A stretch of 63,648 bases of DNA, counting the filler, from Octopus bimaculoides (taxonomy: Eukaryota): NCBI RefSeq assembly GCF_001194135.2. It is 7 parts of 6 records of this genome, joined end to end, with 100 filler letters (N's around TTAATTAATTAA, not from the genome) between each part and the next. Parts side by side here need not be neighbours in the genome. Positions count along the whole stretch, not along the records: positions 1 to 23,886 come from NC_068985.1; 6 more parts are not named here. One strand, written 5' to 3'. Under the pieces are notes generated by a model that saw only the letters and a list, made by a program, of their open reading frames with translations, had not been told where the DNA came from and ran no database searches. Numbering within the stretch: position 1 is the stretch's first letter; the number at the start of each line of letters is the position of its first letter. This document shows positions 1 through 14,600 of this stretch, piece by piece. The position numbers and the translations under genes are program-made.

Positions 1-489
1 ATATATATATATATATATATATATATACGGTTTGAGAGAAAGAGAAATGAGACATAAGCCAGACAGACAGAGAAATACAAGTATAATAATATGTTGATGA
101 TAAACTTGCCAATCCCAAATGGTGGACACTTTTAAATCCAATTGAATGACTTCATATTTTTCATGTTAGAGATATTCTGGCAAATATTTTGATCTAGAAC
201 CGTGTTATAAAACCAACATTTCACTATTTGTTGAAAAGGAAATCTATTAAAACTCATAAACATATTCACCGATTGTGGCTACTGTTGTTTTTGTTGTTGC
301 TCTTGGTAGTAGTTTGGCGGTGCTGGTGGTATGCAAGTGATGGCAGCGCTGATTGTGGTGGTGTGGGTGGTGGTGATGGTGGCTGTGTTGTCTATATTTG
401 TTGTTTTACACAAGGAAAATATTTTCTACGTTATCATTCCCGCGTCTTTATCAAATAGAATATATATTTTTTTTTATTTATCAATATAA

Positions 490-890
490 TATATGAACTT
501 CTGGAAGAGGTGGAAACAGTTAAGATTCTACTTCCTAGAAGGATGGCGGGAAAGATACATCGTGATATGCCTCTGGAATATCCTGGAATCAAGTGTACTA
601 AACGTTGGCATCGCATGTTACACAACCAGCAGAAGTGCATAGCGCCAAAGACTCAAGAAGTTTGCATGAGGATATAGGCCGACATAAGAAAACAATTTTG
701 GTTCCAAGAACCGCAGTTCTTCAGTTTCTTCCTCAAAAGCATGAGGAACCTTCATGGCGTGTATATAGTGTCTTGAAAACAAATCTGATTCTCCAGTCAA
801 TAGTTCCAAATAAGCCTATCTCGCGACAGGAAAAGTAGATGAGGACAGCAGCATCAAACTTCTTCATTTACCAAATATCACCCTTCAGAT
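490..890 (+). mobile_element. Decayed LINE ORF2 C-terminus (clade uncertain)
   Basis: Frameshifted FLEGWRERYIVICLWNILESSVLNVGI...QFFSFFLKSMRNLHGV...IVPNKPISRQEK*MRTAASN resembles the 'LERRRERYxIIYxWKILE...RNLHG...VPDEP' C-terminus of invertebrate APE-type LINEs (recalled consensus). Confidence 0.6.
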
Positions 891-1507
891 GAGGTACCAA
901 CTAATGTCATTGTAGCATAGATAACGGCGGTGTCCCACGGTGGCCTAAACACTCGAATTGCAACTCGTAAAAGACTAAGTGCGAGTAACATGTGAATTAT
1001 GTTGCATGTCTATCGAAAACGTGAGCTCTGATGAAATAACAAAATATTGGTTTTGTATATTTTTCTGCTTTGTTTCCTTCTCTTACTGCCATCTGAAGAT
1101 CATACACATATGTGTGCTGCAGAACGTACCACTACCCCATTTAAAACACTGAGTATGTATGATGCATATATGAAAATCGATTTGTGACCAAATTCTAAAT
1201 CATTAAATATTATTGACAGTTGTTTTCTTAAGTGAAACCCGTCTAGTGCTGTATACCATATCTGTGTAAGATGTACAGATATTTTTTTTCATATATATAT
1301 ATTCAATACAAGATATATATATATATCAATATAAATGCTTTCTTTCCTCCTATTACATGACACAAAATGACAGACCAGAAAGAAATTCCAAATGAAAAAA
1401 TAAAAAGAAAAGAAATCTCTCTGTCTGCTTAATTCTTAATTACTTTTTTTGGAGACTAAATTGACAATGTTAATTGAAAACAAACATTTGCTTCGTCNNN
1501 NNNNNNN

Positions 1508-1538
<31 letters not shown>

Positions 1539-1926
1539 TATTCGTGTATTCTTTTTTGTATTTTAGTTTGATAGCACTGATATGAATGACTCTCCACTGT
1601 AGAAAACCGATATTCATCGTTACACACTTGATATTCTTTTATATATATTAGCATTTGATTCATTATAAACAGGCACGTGAACCATTTATCATGCTTCTTC
1701 GGCGTGAAAATTTACATTTGTAAATGCAATAACGGAATTAATAAATCGAAGAACAAGAACCACTAATACCAGTTTGTGAATAATGATGTATATTTAACTG
1801 TAGCTATCTATTCAAACAGGGTACATTCCACTATCAGATCATTTCATCTAATTCTTAAGCCACAACAGCAATTGTGATGCAACGAATCAAGTCCATTACA
1901 TTAGCCATAATATCTCACTGCTACAA

Positions 1927-2130
1927 GGCGGCGAGATGGCAGAAACTTTAGCACACCGGGTTAGATACTTACCGGTAATTCGTGTGTCTTTACTTTCTGA
2001 GTTCAAATTCTGCTGAGGTCGACTTTGCCTTTCATCCTTTCAGGGTCGATAAATTAACTACCATTTGCATACTAGGGTCGATTTCATCGACTGGCCCCCT
2101 CCCACAGAATGTCGGGGCTTGTGCCTAGAT
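1927..2130 (+). mobile_element. tRNA-derived SINE, family A (GGCGGCGAGCTGGCAGAA head)
   Basis: A-box-like TGGCAGAA, B-box GTTCAAATTC, core GTCGACTTTGCCTTTCATCCTTTCGGGGTCGATAAA. Many copies in the window; more decayed ones at ~2465-2600, 9380-9500, 43310-43440, 51270-51420. Confidence 0.85.
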
Positions 2131-5100
2131 TAAAAAATAATATCTCACTGCTACTAATTTCAAGGAACCCATGAATAACAAGCAGCGTTCGACATCAGTG
2201 GCACTGGAATTCAGTACGAAAAGCTGGGTGAAAAGCCACAAGGCATTTTGCCCAACAAGCGCAAAATTCTGCTAGCTCACCGCCTGCTGAGTAGACTGGC
2301 GTTACGTAAAATGAATTGTGTTGCTCAAAGGCTCAACTCATTACCATAAGATCGTGAGCCGAATTCCCTAAACCGCTAAACCACGCGCCTTCACATACAT
2401 AAATTGTATCACTATATTCTGTGATAGATGCCAAACAAAATATTTTATTTACTGGGTAAGCATCCTGCGGGCAGAATCGGTGCCACAATTTATAAAGTGC
2501 GTAACGGCATTTCGTCCGCTCATTTGGGTTCTGATTTCAAATACTATTAAAGCAACTTTACCTTTCGTTCTTTCGGAGCCAAATAAGATAAATTCCCAGT
2601 CAAGTATTTGTGTGGGGGTAATTGCTGTGCTCAACCCTGAAAGGTGTTGGTCTCGTAACATGCACCGGACCTGTATCACGTTCAGAAGGATTGTAGGAAT
2701 CTCAGTCACTTGTACTCCTTTGAACCACTTAACCAGTCTCATGAGCTGTGAGTTTCAACAGAACGAACATATTGTACATTGTAAACATTGACAGATACAA
2801 CAACAAAGATAATTCTAAGCCACACTACGTCTAAATGTACATCCCTGGTATGTGAATAGACTAAGTCTAATTGAATATGGAATCGGGATATCAGTTGCAT
2901 ATAAAACTGTGAAAAATATGTATGACGAGGAATAGTCAACTTTAAACTGTGAAGGCAAACAGGATTTGCCACCCTAGAACACAGAATGCAAATAAAATTT
3001 GACATGTTGATGTCAACATATTAGAATCGAACAATTCTGTGAATACACGTTAAACAAGCATTGGGACGTCTATTTGAGATTCTGGTAAACGTTGAGTTGG
3101 CTTTCAAAATCTTTGAATTACGATGGAGGAAATTCTATATATCACGAATTTTTATTTACACCGATTTTGAGAGTAAATGCGGTTTAATATATGCTTGCAT
3201 GATATAAACGTAATCTTCTTAATAAATTACTGTTGTCTATTAAAGTGAACCAATGATTAACATCAGCTAAAATGAAGCCACTGATCTACTCTTTTGGAAC
3301 CTTATGAATAATAAAGAGAGCTGCAGCCAAAAACGAACTTTTGTGTAACAAAATTTACCAATGGTAAAGCAATTATAGTAACGAACATAAATTTCAAATT
3401 CTGATTACAAATATAATGTATAAAAGCGTATTGGATGTAATATCAATAATGTTTTAAACATTATATATCCATATGTGTGTGTGCGTGTGTGAGTTTGCGT
3501 GCGCGTGTATATATATATATATATATATATNNNNNNNNNNNNNNNNNNNNNNNNNNNNNNNNNNNNNNNNNNNNNNNNNNNNNNNNNNNNNNNNNNNNNN
3601 NNNNNNNNNNNNNNNNNNNNNNNNNNNNNNNNNNNNNNNNNNNNNNNNNNNNNNNNNNNNNNNNNNNNNNNNNNNNNNNNNNNNNNNNNNNNNNNNNNNN
3701 NNNNNNNNNNNNNNNNNNNNNNNNNNNNNNNNNNNNNNNNNNNNNNNNNNNNNNNNNNNNNNNNNNNNNNNNNNNNNNNNNNNNNNNNNNNNNNNNNNNN
3801 NNNNNNNNNNNNNNNNNNNNNNNNNNNNNNNNNNNNNNNNNNNNNNNNNNNNNNNNNNNNNNNNNNNNNNNNNNNNNNNNNNNNNNNNNNNNNNNNNNNN
3901 NNNNNNNNNNNNNNNNNNNNNNNNNNNNNNNNNNNNNNNNNNNNNNNNNNNNNNNNNNNNNNNNNNNNNNNNNNNNNNNNNNNNNNNNNNNNNNNNNNNN
4001 NNNNNNNNNTATATATATATATATATGTACACATGAGAGAAAAAAACGCCAAAACCGATAGTATAGTGTTTTAATTATAAACTTCTTAAATCAATATTCC
4101 ATTTAAATTCTGAAATACATAAGACCAAGATTAATTACCAAATTAAAGAGCACTATTGTTGTGATTGTGTAATGTCGCAGTATCGAAATGCTATGAATAA
4201 AATTCAGACAAATACTGTGAAGCTATTCTGTAGTTAATAGCCACTAACATAGCAGGGACTTTGTTTGAGTTAATTAGAAAGCATATCTACATATACATCC
4301 ACACATATGCCCATATATACATATATATATGCATAAAAGAAATAATACATACATGCATAAAAACATATATCCACATATGTATGTATATATATATATATAT
4401 GTACCCTTTTTGTGTTTGCTCAACATAATTCGTGTTGTGCTTGTTGTGTTTGGGAGACTCGCTACAACAATAATACAACAAGCGCAGTTGGAGTTATACT
4501 TCTTTATCATTAGTCAATTAGTGGATTCACATAACCTAGTGATTAGAGCAGTGGCCTACGTTCGAGGGAACGTGGGTTTGTATCTCAGACCTGGCGTTGA
4601 GTGTGTTTATGACCGAAACACCGAAGCTCCACGCAGCTCTGGCAGAAAGTAATGGCCAACGTCCGCTGACTCTTTCGCATAAAATTTCTCTCCTCTTTCC
4701 TCCTGCATTAAGCAGCTCATCTGCGACGAACCTGCGTCCTGTACAGGTGGGAACCTATACGCAATTGCAACGGGGAAAGCGGCCCTTGTCTGCCAGACAT
4801 GGCTCGAGAAGGAACAAACAACATCATTAGTTAATTGATTAAATATCTAAGCATCGAACTTATCGACCGTTTGTTTAAAGTNNNNNNNNNNNNNNNNNNN
4901 NNNNNNNNNNNNNNNNNNNNNNNNNNNNNNNNNNNNNNNNNNNNNNNNNNNNNNNNNNNNNNNNNNNNNNNNNNNNNNNNNNNNNNNNNNNNNNNNNNNN
5001 NNNNNNNNNNNNNNNNNNNNNNNNNNNNNNNNNNNNNNNNNNNNNNNNNNNNNNNNNNNNNNNNNNNNNNNNNNNNNNNNNNNNNNNNNNNNNNNNNNNN

Positions 5101-5722
5101 NNNNNNNNNNNNNNNNNNNNNNNNNNNNNNNNNNNNNNNNNNNNNNNNNNNNNNNNNNNNNNNNNNNNNNNNNNNNNNNNNNNNNNNNNNNNNNNNNNNN
5201 NNNNNNNNNNNNNNNNNNNNNNNNNNNNNNNNNNNNNNNNNNNNNNNNNNNNNNNNNNNNNNNNNNNNNNNNNNNNNNNNNNNNNNNNNNNNNNNNNNNN
5301 NNNNNNNNNNNNNNNNNNNNNNNNNNNNNNNNNNNNNNNNNNNNNNNNNNNNNNNNNNNNNNNNNNNNNNNNNNNNNNNNNNNNNNNNNNNNNNNNNNNN
5401 NNNNNNNNNNNNNNNNNNNNNNNNNNNNNNNNNNNNNNNNNNNNNNNNNNNNNNNNNNNNNNNNNNNNNNNNNNNNNNNNNNNNNNNNNNNNNNNNNNNN
5501 NNNNNNNNNNNNNNNNNNNNNNNNNNNNNNNNNNNNNNNNNNNNNNNNNNNNNNNNNNNNNNNNNNNNNNNNNNNNNNNNNNNNNNNNNNNNNNNNNNNN
5601 NNNNNNNNNNNNNNNNNNNNNNNNNNNNNNNNNNNNNNNNNNNNNNNNNNNNNNNNNNNNNNNNNNNNNNNNNNNNNNNNNNNNNNNNNNNNNNNNNNNN
5701 NNNNNNNNNNNNNNNNNNNNNN

Positions 5723-5753
<31 letters not shown>

Positions 5754-6414
5754 GTGTGTTCGTGTGCGTGTGTGTGTGTGTGTGTGTGTATGACTGAGTG
5801 TGCATGTCTGTGTGTGTCAGACTGAGTCTAGGACATTTACAATCCCAATGTACAATAAGTCCACCCACTCAAGGAGAATTACCCCTGAGGACAATAAATG
5901 ATGATTTAGAACTTCTTAATATATTGGAAATGGAGTAATTAACAAACGGGTATAAGTGTCCTAGTGGGTAGTAATCGTCAGGGGAATTGTCCTATGGAGG
6001 TAATTGTCCTGGGGGTAATTATCCTGACACGGCGTGAGTATCAGTGTGCGCGGGCATGTGACTGTGGGCCTAGTGCCTGTGTTCACGTGGTTTACTCAGT
6101 GGGTGTATATGTTCGATTGTGCGTATATATGTTTTCTTATTTAAGTGTACTGTACCATGTGTGCGTGACTATTTGGCGGGTTTTTGTCTTACTATGTAAG
6201 CATACGTTATATACATGCATAGGTGCGTTCTTGTGCATGTAAGTGTGTGTGTGTGTGTGTGTGTGTGTGAGTGTCTGTTTGCGTATGTGTCTGTTCGTGA
6301 GTCTCATTCTTCTTACTTGAGTATATTCCAGTATGTGTGCGTATATGAATATAGCACAATCGGTATGTATGCACGTATGGATGCATGTCTGTATTAAGGT
6401 ATTTATGTATATTC

Positions 6415-6714
6415 GTGGCACTCCGGCGGTTGCAACAGCAGGGGTTCCATTTGATCTGATCAATGGAACAGCCTGCTTGTGAAAGTAGTGTGTAAGTGGC
6501 TGAGTACTCCACAGACACGTGTACCATTAACGTAGTTCTCGGGAAGATTCAACGTGACACAGAGTGTGACAAGGCTGGCCGTTTCAAATACAGGTACAAG
6601 AGAAACAGGAAGAAAGATTGAGAGAAAGTTGTGGTGAAAGAGTACAGCATGGTTCACTAACACATCCTGACGGAGCCACGTGGAGTATTATGTGGTTTCA
6701 CTCAATAAACACAC
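6415..6714 (-). mobile_element. SINE family C copy
   Basis: GGGTTCCA-TTGATC-GATCAA-GGAACAGCCTGCT...GTGGCTGAG-ACTCCACAGACACGTGTACC shared with the 55975-56321 copy. Confidence 0.8.
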
Positions 6715-6815
6715 TNNNNNNNNNNNNNNNNNNNNNNNNNNNNNNNNNNNNNNNNNNNNNNNNNNNNNNNNNNNNNNNNNNNNNNNNNNNNNNNNNNNNN
6801 NNNNNNNNNNNNNNN

Positions 6816-7216
6816 GAAATGAAAAGTGTATGAGGGAGAGGTTGAAGTGACAGAAGGAGAGGAAGTCGTTGTGAGATGCAATGGAAAGGGAAGAGAACTG
6901 AGAAAAAGGAAGATATGCAAGCGAAGGAGAGAGATGAGAAAAAGGAGTGAGATATGGAAAGAAGAGGAAGATATGAAAGCGAGGGAGGGAGATGAGAAAA
7001 AGAGTAAGATATGGAAGACAGAGAGGGAGAGAGATAGGTGTAAAGAGATAAAGGGAGAGAGAGAGAGAAAGAGGGGAAACGGTACTTATGAAAAAGAGTG
7101 GGGGCAGGTAACGAAGATGTGTAGGAGAACGAAAAATGGAAAAATGAAAAATGAAAATTCGTAATTCTAAATGGGATTTGTAATTCAAAGAGTTGTAGAG
7201 ATAAAGCGAAGAGAAG
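6816..7216 (+). repeat. Polypurine (GA-rich) low-complexity tract
   Basis: Strong strand asymmetry, mostly A/G, between two N gaps. Confidence 0.8.
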
Positions 7217-8419
7217 NNNNNNNNNNNNNNNNNNNNNNNNNNNNNNNNNNNNNNNNNNNNNNNNNNNNNNNNNNNNNNNNNNNNNNNNNNNNNNNNNNNN
7301 NNNNNNNNNNNNNNNNNNNNNNNNNNNNNNNNNNNNNNNNNNNNNNNNNNNNNNNNNNNNNNNNNNNNNNNNNNNNNNNNNNNNNNNNNNNNNNNNNNNN
7401 NNNNNNNNNNNNNNNNNNNNNNNNNNNNNNNNNNNNNNNNNNNNNNNNNNNNNNNNNNNNNNNNNNNNNNNNNNNNNNNNNNNNNNNNNNNNNNNNNNNN
7501 NNNNNNNNNNNNNNNNNNNNNNNNNNNNNNNNNNNNNNNNNNNNNNNNNNNNNNNNNNNNNNNNNNNNNNNNNNNNNNNNNNNNNNNNNNNNNNNNNNNN
7601 NNNNNNNNNNNNNNNNNNNNNNNNNNNNNNNNNNNNNNNNNNNNNNNNNNNNNNNNNNNNNNNNNNNNNNNNNNNNNNNNNNNNNNNNNNNNNNNNNNNN
7701 NNNNNNNNNNNNNNNNNNNNNNNNNNNNNNNNNNNNNNNNNNNNNNNNNNNNNNNNNNNNNNNNNNNNNNNNNNNNNNNNNNNNNNNNNNNNNNNNNNNN
7801 NNNNNNNNNNNNNNTGTAACTAACCACGTGGGTTTTCGACGATTACTTGCTTGTGTCGCTGACTTTAATGTAATATATTTAACTTTTAGAGAAATATATT
7901 ATGTTTTTTAAATAGTATATTACAGTAGACTGTTCTTATATAACAAGGTCTATGTTTTCGTCAGTTTAGTAGGTTTTATCGTTGATTTGTGCAATCTCTA
8001 TTGGGTTGATTCAGGAGAACGAAACACACGCGTCCTTCTTCAACGAAACCGGAAGTATATACATACATACTTTCGTTATATATATGAATGTAAGCTATCT
8101 GGTATAAACAATTCGTTTTATTACCTAATAACCAGAGCCAATTCTCGATTTCCGAGAGGCAAGTGTTACATGGTAGCATGTCACGACGATGGATAAAATA
8201 AAATTGGATGATCCGCTAAAAAGATATCATCGATGAAAAATATTTTTTGTATGAGCGTCGTCTTACATGTAGGGCCTGGTAAAAAGATGACCAAAATTTC
8301 ATTGCATGTAATCTAAGCTGTCCACAAGAAAGTACTATATAGATTCATTTGAACAATCAACGATAATATTAGTCAGAAAATTCTTCGTTTATATTAAGAA
8401 ATCGCTGTGGATAGGATAT

Positions 8420-8640
8420 TCAATGGAAAAAGTATATATTTGTTGGTCATGAAGTAGGAAGTATTACATAGTGACCTTTTAGAGAAAATCAACCTATATG
8501 TAAGTAGAATGCGGTGGAAAGTGTTCTTCTTTGACAGGGAGGTTAAATCAGATCACAAATTAGAACATGAAGTATTCAAATCTAGGAGAACCCACCGAGT
8601 AACCAACGCCTAACCAGATTTGAATAGGGATTATATAATC
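8420..8640 (+). mobile_element. Penelope-like element N-terminal relic
   Basis: LLEKINLYVSRMRWKVFFF (RMRWK at 8506-8520) followed by EVFKSRRT, resembling the RMRWKAxFF...YGFKS motif of PLE ORFs (recalled). Confidence 0.45.
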
Positions 8641-11600
8641 TACGAAATGGGAAGGTACTTTGCGAAACTGTTATTTTAACGAGTTGTAACTATTTATCAC
8701 CCGATGAGACACATTTGCACCGCCGTATGCACCTGATCCCGTGAAGGATTAATGCTAGATTTATCGAAACAATTGCTGTGATTACTGATAGATATTCTCG
8801 TATATTCGATCTTCCGTCTTTCACTTACCATACATACATACATACATATACACACATACACACACATACACACACACACGCACATACACACACATATTTA
8901 TATATATATATTTTATATATATATATATATATATGGGAGAATATACAAAAAATAACAACAGACGAGGACAGGTGGTGTAAATAACAAAAGTATATATTAG
9001 TATGACGCTCAGGAATACGGAAAGTCTTTGACGTTTCGAGCTACGCTCTTCAACAGAAAGAATACGGAGACAAGGANNNNNNNNNNNNNNNNNNNNNNNN
9101 NNNNNNNNNNNNNNNNNNNNNNNNNNNNNNNNNNNNNNNNNNNNNNNNNNNNNNNNNNNNNNNNNNNNNNNNNNNNNNNNNNNNNNNNNNNNNNNNNNNN
9201 NNNNNNNNNNNNNNNNNNATATATACACACATATATGTGTGAGTGTGAAAGGAAATGTAGCTTTGCACCCCATACGATCGATTTGCTGTACCTTTACCTT
9301 AGAATGCCACCATAGCAATAAACCTCTATCTCGACAAACTTCAATTGGCCAATTAATACACCGCCCGTTATATTTGTTACTTTATGCGGTGAGCTGGGAT
9401 AATCGTTATCACGTCGGACAAAAATGTTTTTGACAAATTTCTTTCCGAGTTCCAATTCTGCGAAAGTGAATTTCGCGATTCATCCTTTGAATTCAGTGAA
9501 ATAACTGCTGACCAAAAACAGCGGATGATATGATGCCATCCGTTGCAATAATCGCTGGTTTCTTCTAAAATTAGAAATATTTTACGTGGATGAAACGTGT
9601 TCTTCGTGCTTAAATTTGACTTTTCTTTCGAGCGAATTAATTGTGCTGTGATTCCCAAGTTTTGTAAAACTATAATCAGACTGTCTTGGCCGTAGTTATA
9701 TTCAAGGAGCATGCTTTCAAACCACGTTTCTTAGTACAGTCTTAATTTGTGATGTCTTGGGCAAATGTCGTCTAATATAAACTCATGCCGATCAAAACCT
9801 CGGGAGTGGATCTGATAGACGGAAACAGAAAGATACCGGTTGCTATACATACAGTCAGAGAAGTACACACACACACATTCGCGTATATCTGTCACTGTCT
9901 GTTTTTACTCCACCACCGCTTGACAACTGGTATCGGTTTATTTATGTCATCGTAATTTATCTGTCTGGCAAAATGGTCCGATAGAATAAATACCAAGCTC
10001 AAAGAAGGTACTTGGTTTGGACTGAAATTTCTTCAAGGCGGTGCCCCAGCATGACTACTGTCTAATAACAAAAGCGCGTAACTGATAAATGTTAAAAATG
10101 TCTCTCACTGATTCTGATTGATTATTCTTCCTTATTGTTGTAGTTGGCTATGTTTACCTCAGATCAACAACGATTTCTCAATACTATGATCAGGGTCGAT
10201 GCAGAAATAGCCATAATGTTCATTTCAACATCGGATACACAATTTTACTTTGAGGACTACACATTGCTTAGGGGTATAATTTGGCTTGCCTTCATGTCTG
10301 AGCGTTACTCGAGTGAATCCACTAGTAATGTCCATCTAAGAAACAACCATTATTCTTGTGTTTTTTTTTGCCTGAAGTAATGCGGTTTATATTTATTTGA
10401 CGCTATTGCGCAACATTTCAAATACAGCAGCATCGAATTAATAACAAGTGGAACCTGCAGACATTAAAAATCAAAAAGCACATTTAAAATTATTTAGAAA
10501 TATATGCACACGGGTGCACCACATGTAAGTTGTTGTGGACTTCAAATAATTCGCATAGCATTTATTTTCCTTCTCTACTCATGGACTTAATTTTTATTGC
10601 TAACGTAGTCACGTTCACTGTGTTCAATACTAAAGCACAATGTGTTATTGCTGCGAAAGAACGTGATTTTTAGTTATTTTTGTTTGTTTGTTTTTTTTTA
10701 TACAGATCAATATATCACAATATTGAACATTTAGAATGAATGCTGCACGCCGAATGGGTGGTTTTATATTCATGATGTGTGGGTCAAGAAGGTAACCAAT
10801 GTTTCCTTGTGTGTAGGTTTTCACAATTTTTCGAACTGGCCATCAAGGAAATGCATGATGTAGACATTCAATGATGGTATAGAAATATTCTTGAGTGATG
10901 TTTTCCGTTCATGGTTTTGCAACTGAAAAACATGTTTAGGAATTTATGAACTTACCATTCCATGGGCCACTTGCGAGTCAGAGTTTATGAAATATCATAC
11001 TGAATCATATGCACACAATCTAAGACGATGAAGATGTATATCGGTGTTTCTTTTTTTATTTATATACACATATATGCAAGCTTGCATACATCCGTCTATC
11101 CATCCATCCATCCATACATACATACGTATATATATATAACTATATATATGTATATATGTATGTATGTGTGTGTGTATGTCTATATANNNNNNNNNNNNNN
11201 NNNNNNNNNNNNNNNNNNNNNNNNNNNNNNNNNNNNNNNNNNNNNNNNNNNNNNNNNNNNNNNNNNNNNNNNNNNNNNNNNNNNNNNNNNNNNNNNNNNN
11301 NNNNNNNNNNNNNNNNNNNNNNNNNNNNNNNNNNNNNNNNNNNNNNNNNNNNNNNNNNNNNNNNNNNNNNNNNNNNNNNNNNNNNNNNNNNNNNNNNNNN
11401 NNNNNNNNNNNNNNNNNNNNNNNNNNNNNNNNNNNNNNNNNNNNNNNNNNNNNNNNNNNNNNNNNNNNNNNNNNNNNNNNNNNNNNNNNNNNNNNNNNNN
11501 NNNNNNNNNNNNNNNNNNNNNNNNNNNNNNNNNNNNNNNNNNNNNNNNNNNNNNNNNNNNNNNNNNNNNNNNNNNNNNNNNNNNNNNNNNNNNNNNNNNN

Positions 11601-14600
11601 NACTTTTAAAACAACCTGCTGACCGACAGGAATTAAAACACGAGTGACAATCCAGTTTCTTTTACATCGTTGCTCTTTAGAATCTCATTTTAAAGGAATG
11701 ATTTTTTGAGCGACCATATGTCAATTTTTATTCAGATATTATCATACATGTTCTATGACCTATGACAACAGTTCGAAGAGGCAATTGGTGTTCAAAATTA
11801 TTACCTACTCTTGCATTTCGACTTAAATACGACTGCATTTAATTCACGAGCAAAGAGCATTTGTCTATGTACACGAAGGAGAGTTTAGGTGGGCGCATGA
11901 TCTTATAGAATTAGCAACTAAATCAAACGATAGTATGTATTAGAAAATGATGTTTCAGTCGAAATATATGAATGAATTGAAAGTATGGCATTGCCTGAAG
12001 GACCTTCGATAATCAATGCTGCATTTGAAAGCTAATCAGTGATTAATCAACCTTTACAACGACTGTAACATCAAATATAATGCACACCACACTTTTGCGC
12101 GCATACGCACACGTACACTCAAACACCTACATTTACATTTACATAAGGCATGTGGTATTTCATTTCAAAATGAATTATAAACTTTCTATTATTCATGAAC
12201 TTAACTCGTGTATACAAATATATATATACACATATATACAGGCATACGAGCGTGATCATGTGTATAGAATAGAATATTTGAGTATTATATTGCTGGTCAT
12301 TATTGAATTTTTTTCTCAAAATCTACGTCAAATATTCGTGGCATTTCAATTAATGCATTGTGTATCAGGTGGACTAGTTTTGTTCTTAGTATGAATACAA
12401 ATATGTCTTGACTGGGTTATGTTGTAGACCGTGGAACTTTTAGATCGAAACTGTAAATGATATGCTAATGATACGTAAAATTCTTACTCTTTGGGGATTT
12501 CATACCAAATAAGGTACTTTTTCGTCTCCCTGCGCTGTATCACTTAATAGAATCTATGAAATGATACTCATACACAATTTCTTTATAGATATTAATATAT
12601 TTTCCCATGAATATTGATAATATATCACATGTTTGTCTGATTTATTTCCATATATATCAGTCATGTCACGAAGAAGAAATTTGCTGCTGTTTTTGTTTTT
12701 ACTTGTTTCAATCTATAGAAGTTATTTTCAATTCTTACATAGAATTCTAATGCCAATATGTCCGCCAAGATTTATGTTTCTTTTTTGTATTGTATATTTT
12801 TACTATTCAATGGCGGATATTTGTGTGACCCTAGTAAATTTAGTTATTACTTTAATGTTCATATACTTTGATTTAGATTTTATTGCTCCATATAAATATT
12901 CATTTAGCATGCTTTAAATACAGTAAATATTTTTGGTTTCACTGCATTTGAAAGGTTCCTTTTAACTGAGTTTGTTTGTGTTTAGAAATTTTCCAAAAGG
13001 AAGAAATGCTAAGCAAATTTATTACGGTCAACTACATGATCTATTAGAATAGATGCATTTACGCTACATTGAATAATCTGAAAGTGTGTTTAGCCACAAG
13101 ATAACTGTTCACTCTAGGGTGAAATAATCGCGATCCTATCAATTTTCGATGCTGGCAAGTCATCAATTGACCTCCAATAACTTGCCAAGATCTGATTGCT
13201 TGGGTGATTGTGAAAGCTGATACAGCTACATCGATTTCTTTCGTGACAGAAAACAGATGAAAGTCAATAGATTTGTGTATCCTGCAAGAAAGAGACACTA
13301 TTTTTTTTATTGACATTTCTATGAGAGTCTAAATATGCCAATATTCATAATTTCTCTTAAACAAGAAATCAATTATTTTCCTTACTAAGTGGTATTTTTG
13401 CTTTTAAATTGTGTCAACAATCAGCCTTTGCATAAATATATCATCGACGTGAAGCTATTTCGGTCTTAAAGTTTATAAATGGCCAGTTTTCAATTACATT
13501 TTCTGCTTTCACTTCTATTATTTAAAGAAAATACAAAAGTCTTCGTTCGTTAGTACTTCGGATTGTATTACTATACCAGGATGTTACCCGCCATAAGAAG
13601 AAAAGCTTTCAAAGTGTATTTTTCCCGTCATGAAAAGATATGGTGTACATACGGCAATTATAATTTAACAGGTACCAAAATATTTGTTGCTTATAAGAAA
13701 ACAAAGAATGAGTAATATTCATGACAAACGTAATTACCTTAAAATAAGAAAAATATTCAAAGCTTAAAATAAGGAAATAGAAATTGTACCTCCTCTTCTC
13801 TCACTCAATTTATGAGTCTTTCTGTCATAATCTGTTTGTGTGGAACCTGCTCATTTGTTAGCCTAGCATGGCACGAATAATGCACATCTTATGTCAAATT
13901 TTTACATTTTTTCATTTACTTTTCGCCCCCTCTCATTTTTCGATATAATGCGTGACTGGAGAAATCAAATACCAAGCAACGGACTGACATCAGTATACCG
14001 GACAAAATGTTTAATAGCACTTCATCCGTCTCTTTATTCTGAGATCAAACTGGACCGAAACTGAGCTTGTCATTCATTCATTCAAGATCTTTAAAATTAG
14101 TGCAATTCATCACTGGGGTCGACACAATCGACACACCCACTCCCACGAAATTGGGGCTGATACTTTGAGTAAACTGATATTTCATAGTCATAATGCAGTT
14201 GATATTCTTTGCTTTTTAAAAATACTTTTATTCTTGGATGGAATATTATGTGCTTTCTCTGTGTTTCTGAAGAGACGTTACGCAAATATCAATAACACAC
14301 GTACGGGAGCAATACTACTTTTTATTGTTCGTCAATTTGCTAAATATCCAACGAATTAATTAATCCATCGTTTGTTTACAATACTGCTTATGCAATCGAA
14401 CGAGTCTTTGTTACCCAAAGTCCGTTTGTCGCTGGTTCTGACCTTTCTGTGTCTTGGTGACTTCCTTTCGTGTTCCAAGATCTGTTATGCTTCTGCTTGA
14501 GAATCAGTCTTATGTTAGTGTGTATGCATGAATGTATGTTTCTCCAGATGTGTGTTTTCTTAGAAGTGGACGTAAGAGTGAGAGTAAACGCAGGATCTGA

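Noticed and set aside
5870-6030. Inverted GGACAATTACCCC-type repeats
   Set aside because: Short imperfect inverted repeats probably from a small non-autonomous element; ends and TSD could not be defined.
6826-7164. 112-aa Lys/Arg/Glu-rich ORF
   Set aside because: By-product of a polypurine tract between gaps.
8995-9076. Hammerhead-like core on the minus strand (TTGAAGA-GCGTAGCTC-GAAA-CGTC)
   Set aside because: Core C3 is U, stem III has a mismatch next to the cleavage triplet, and the flanks are a direct repeat (CCGTATT) so helix I cannot form.
10143-10200. WLCLPQ resembling the trypsin PICLP motif after a TAG acceptor
   Set aside because: Frame closes after 14 codons, and it lies in a different scaffold block upstream of the gene.
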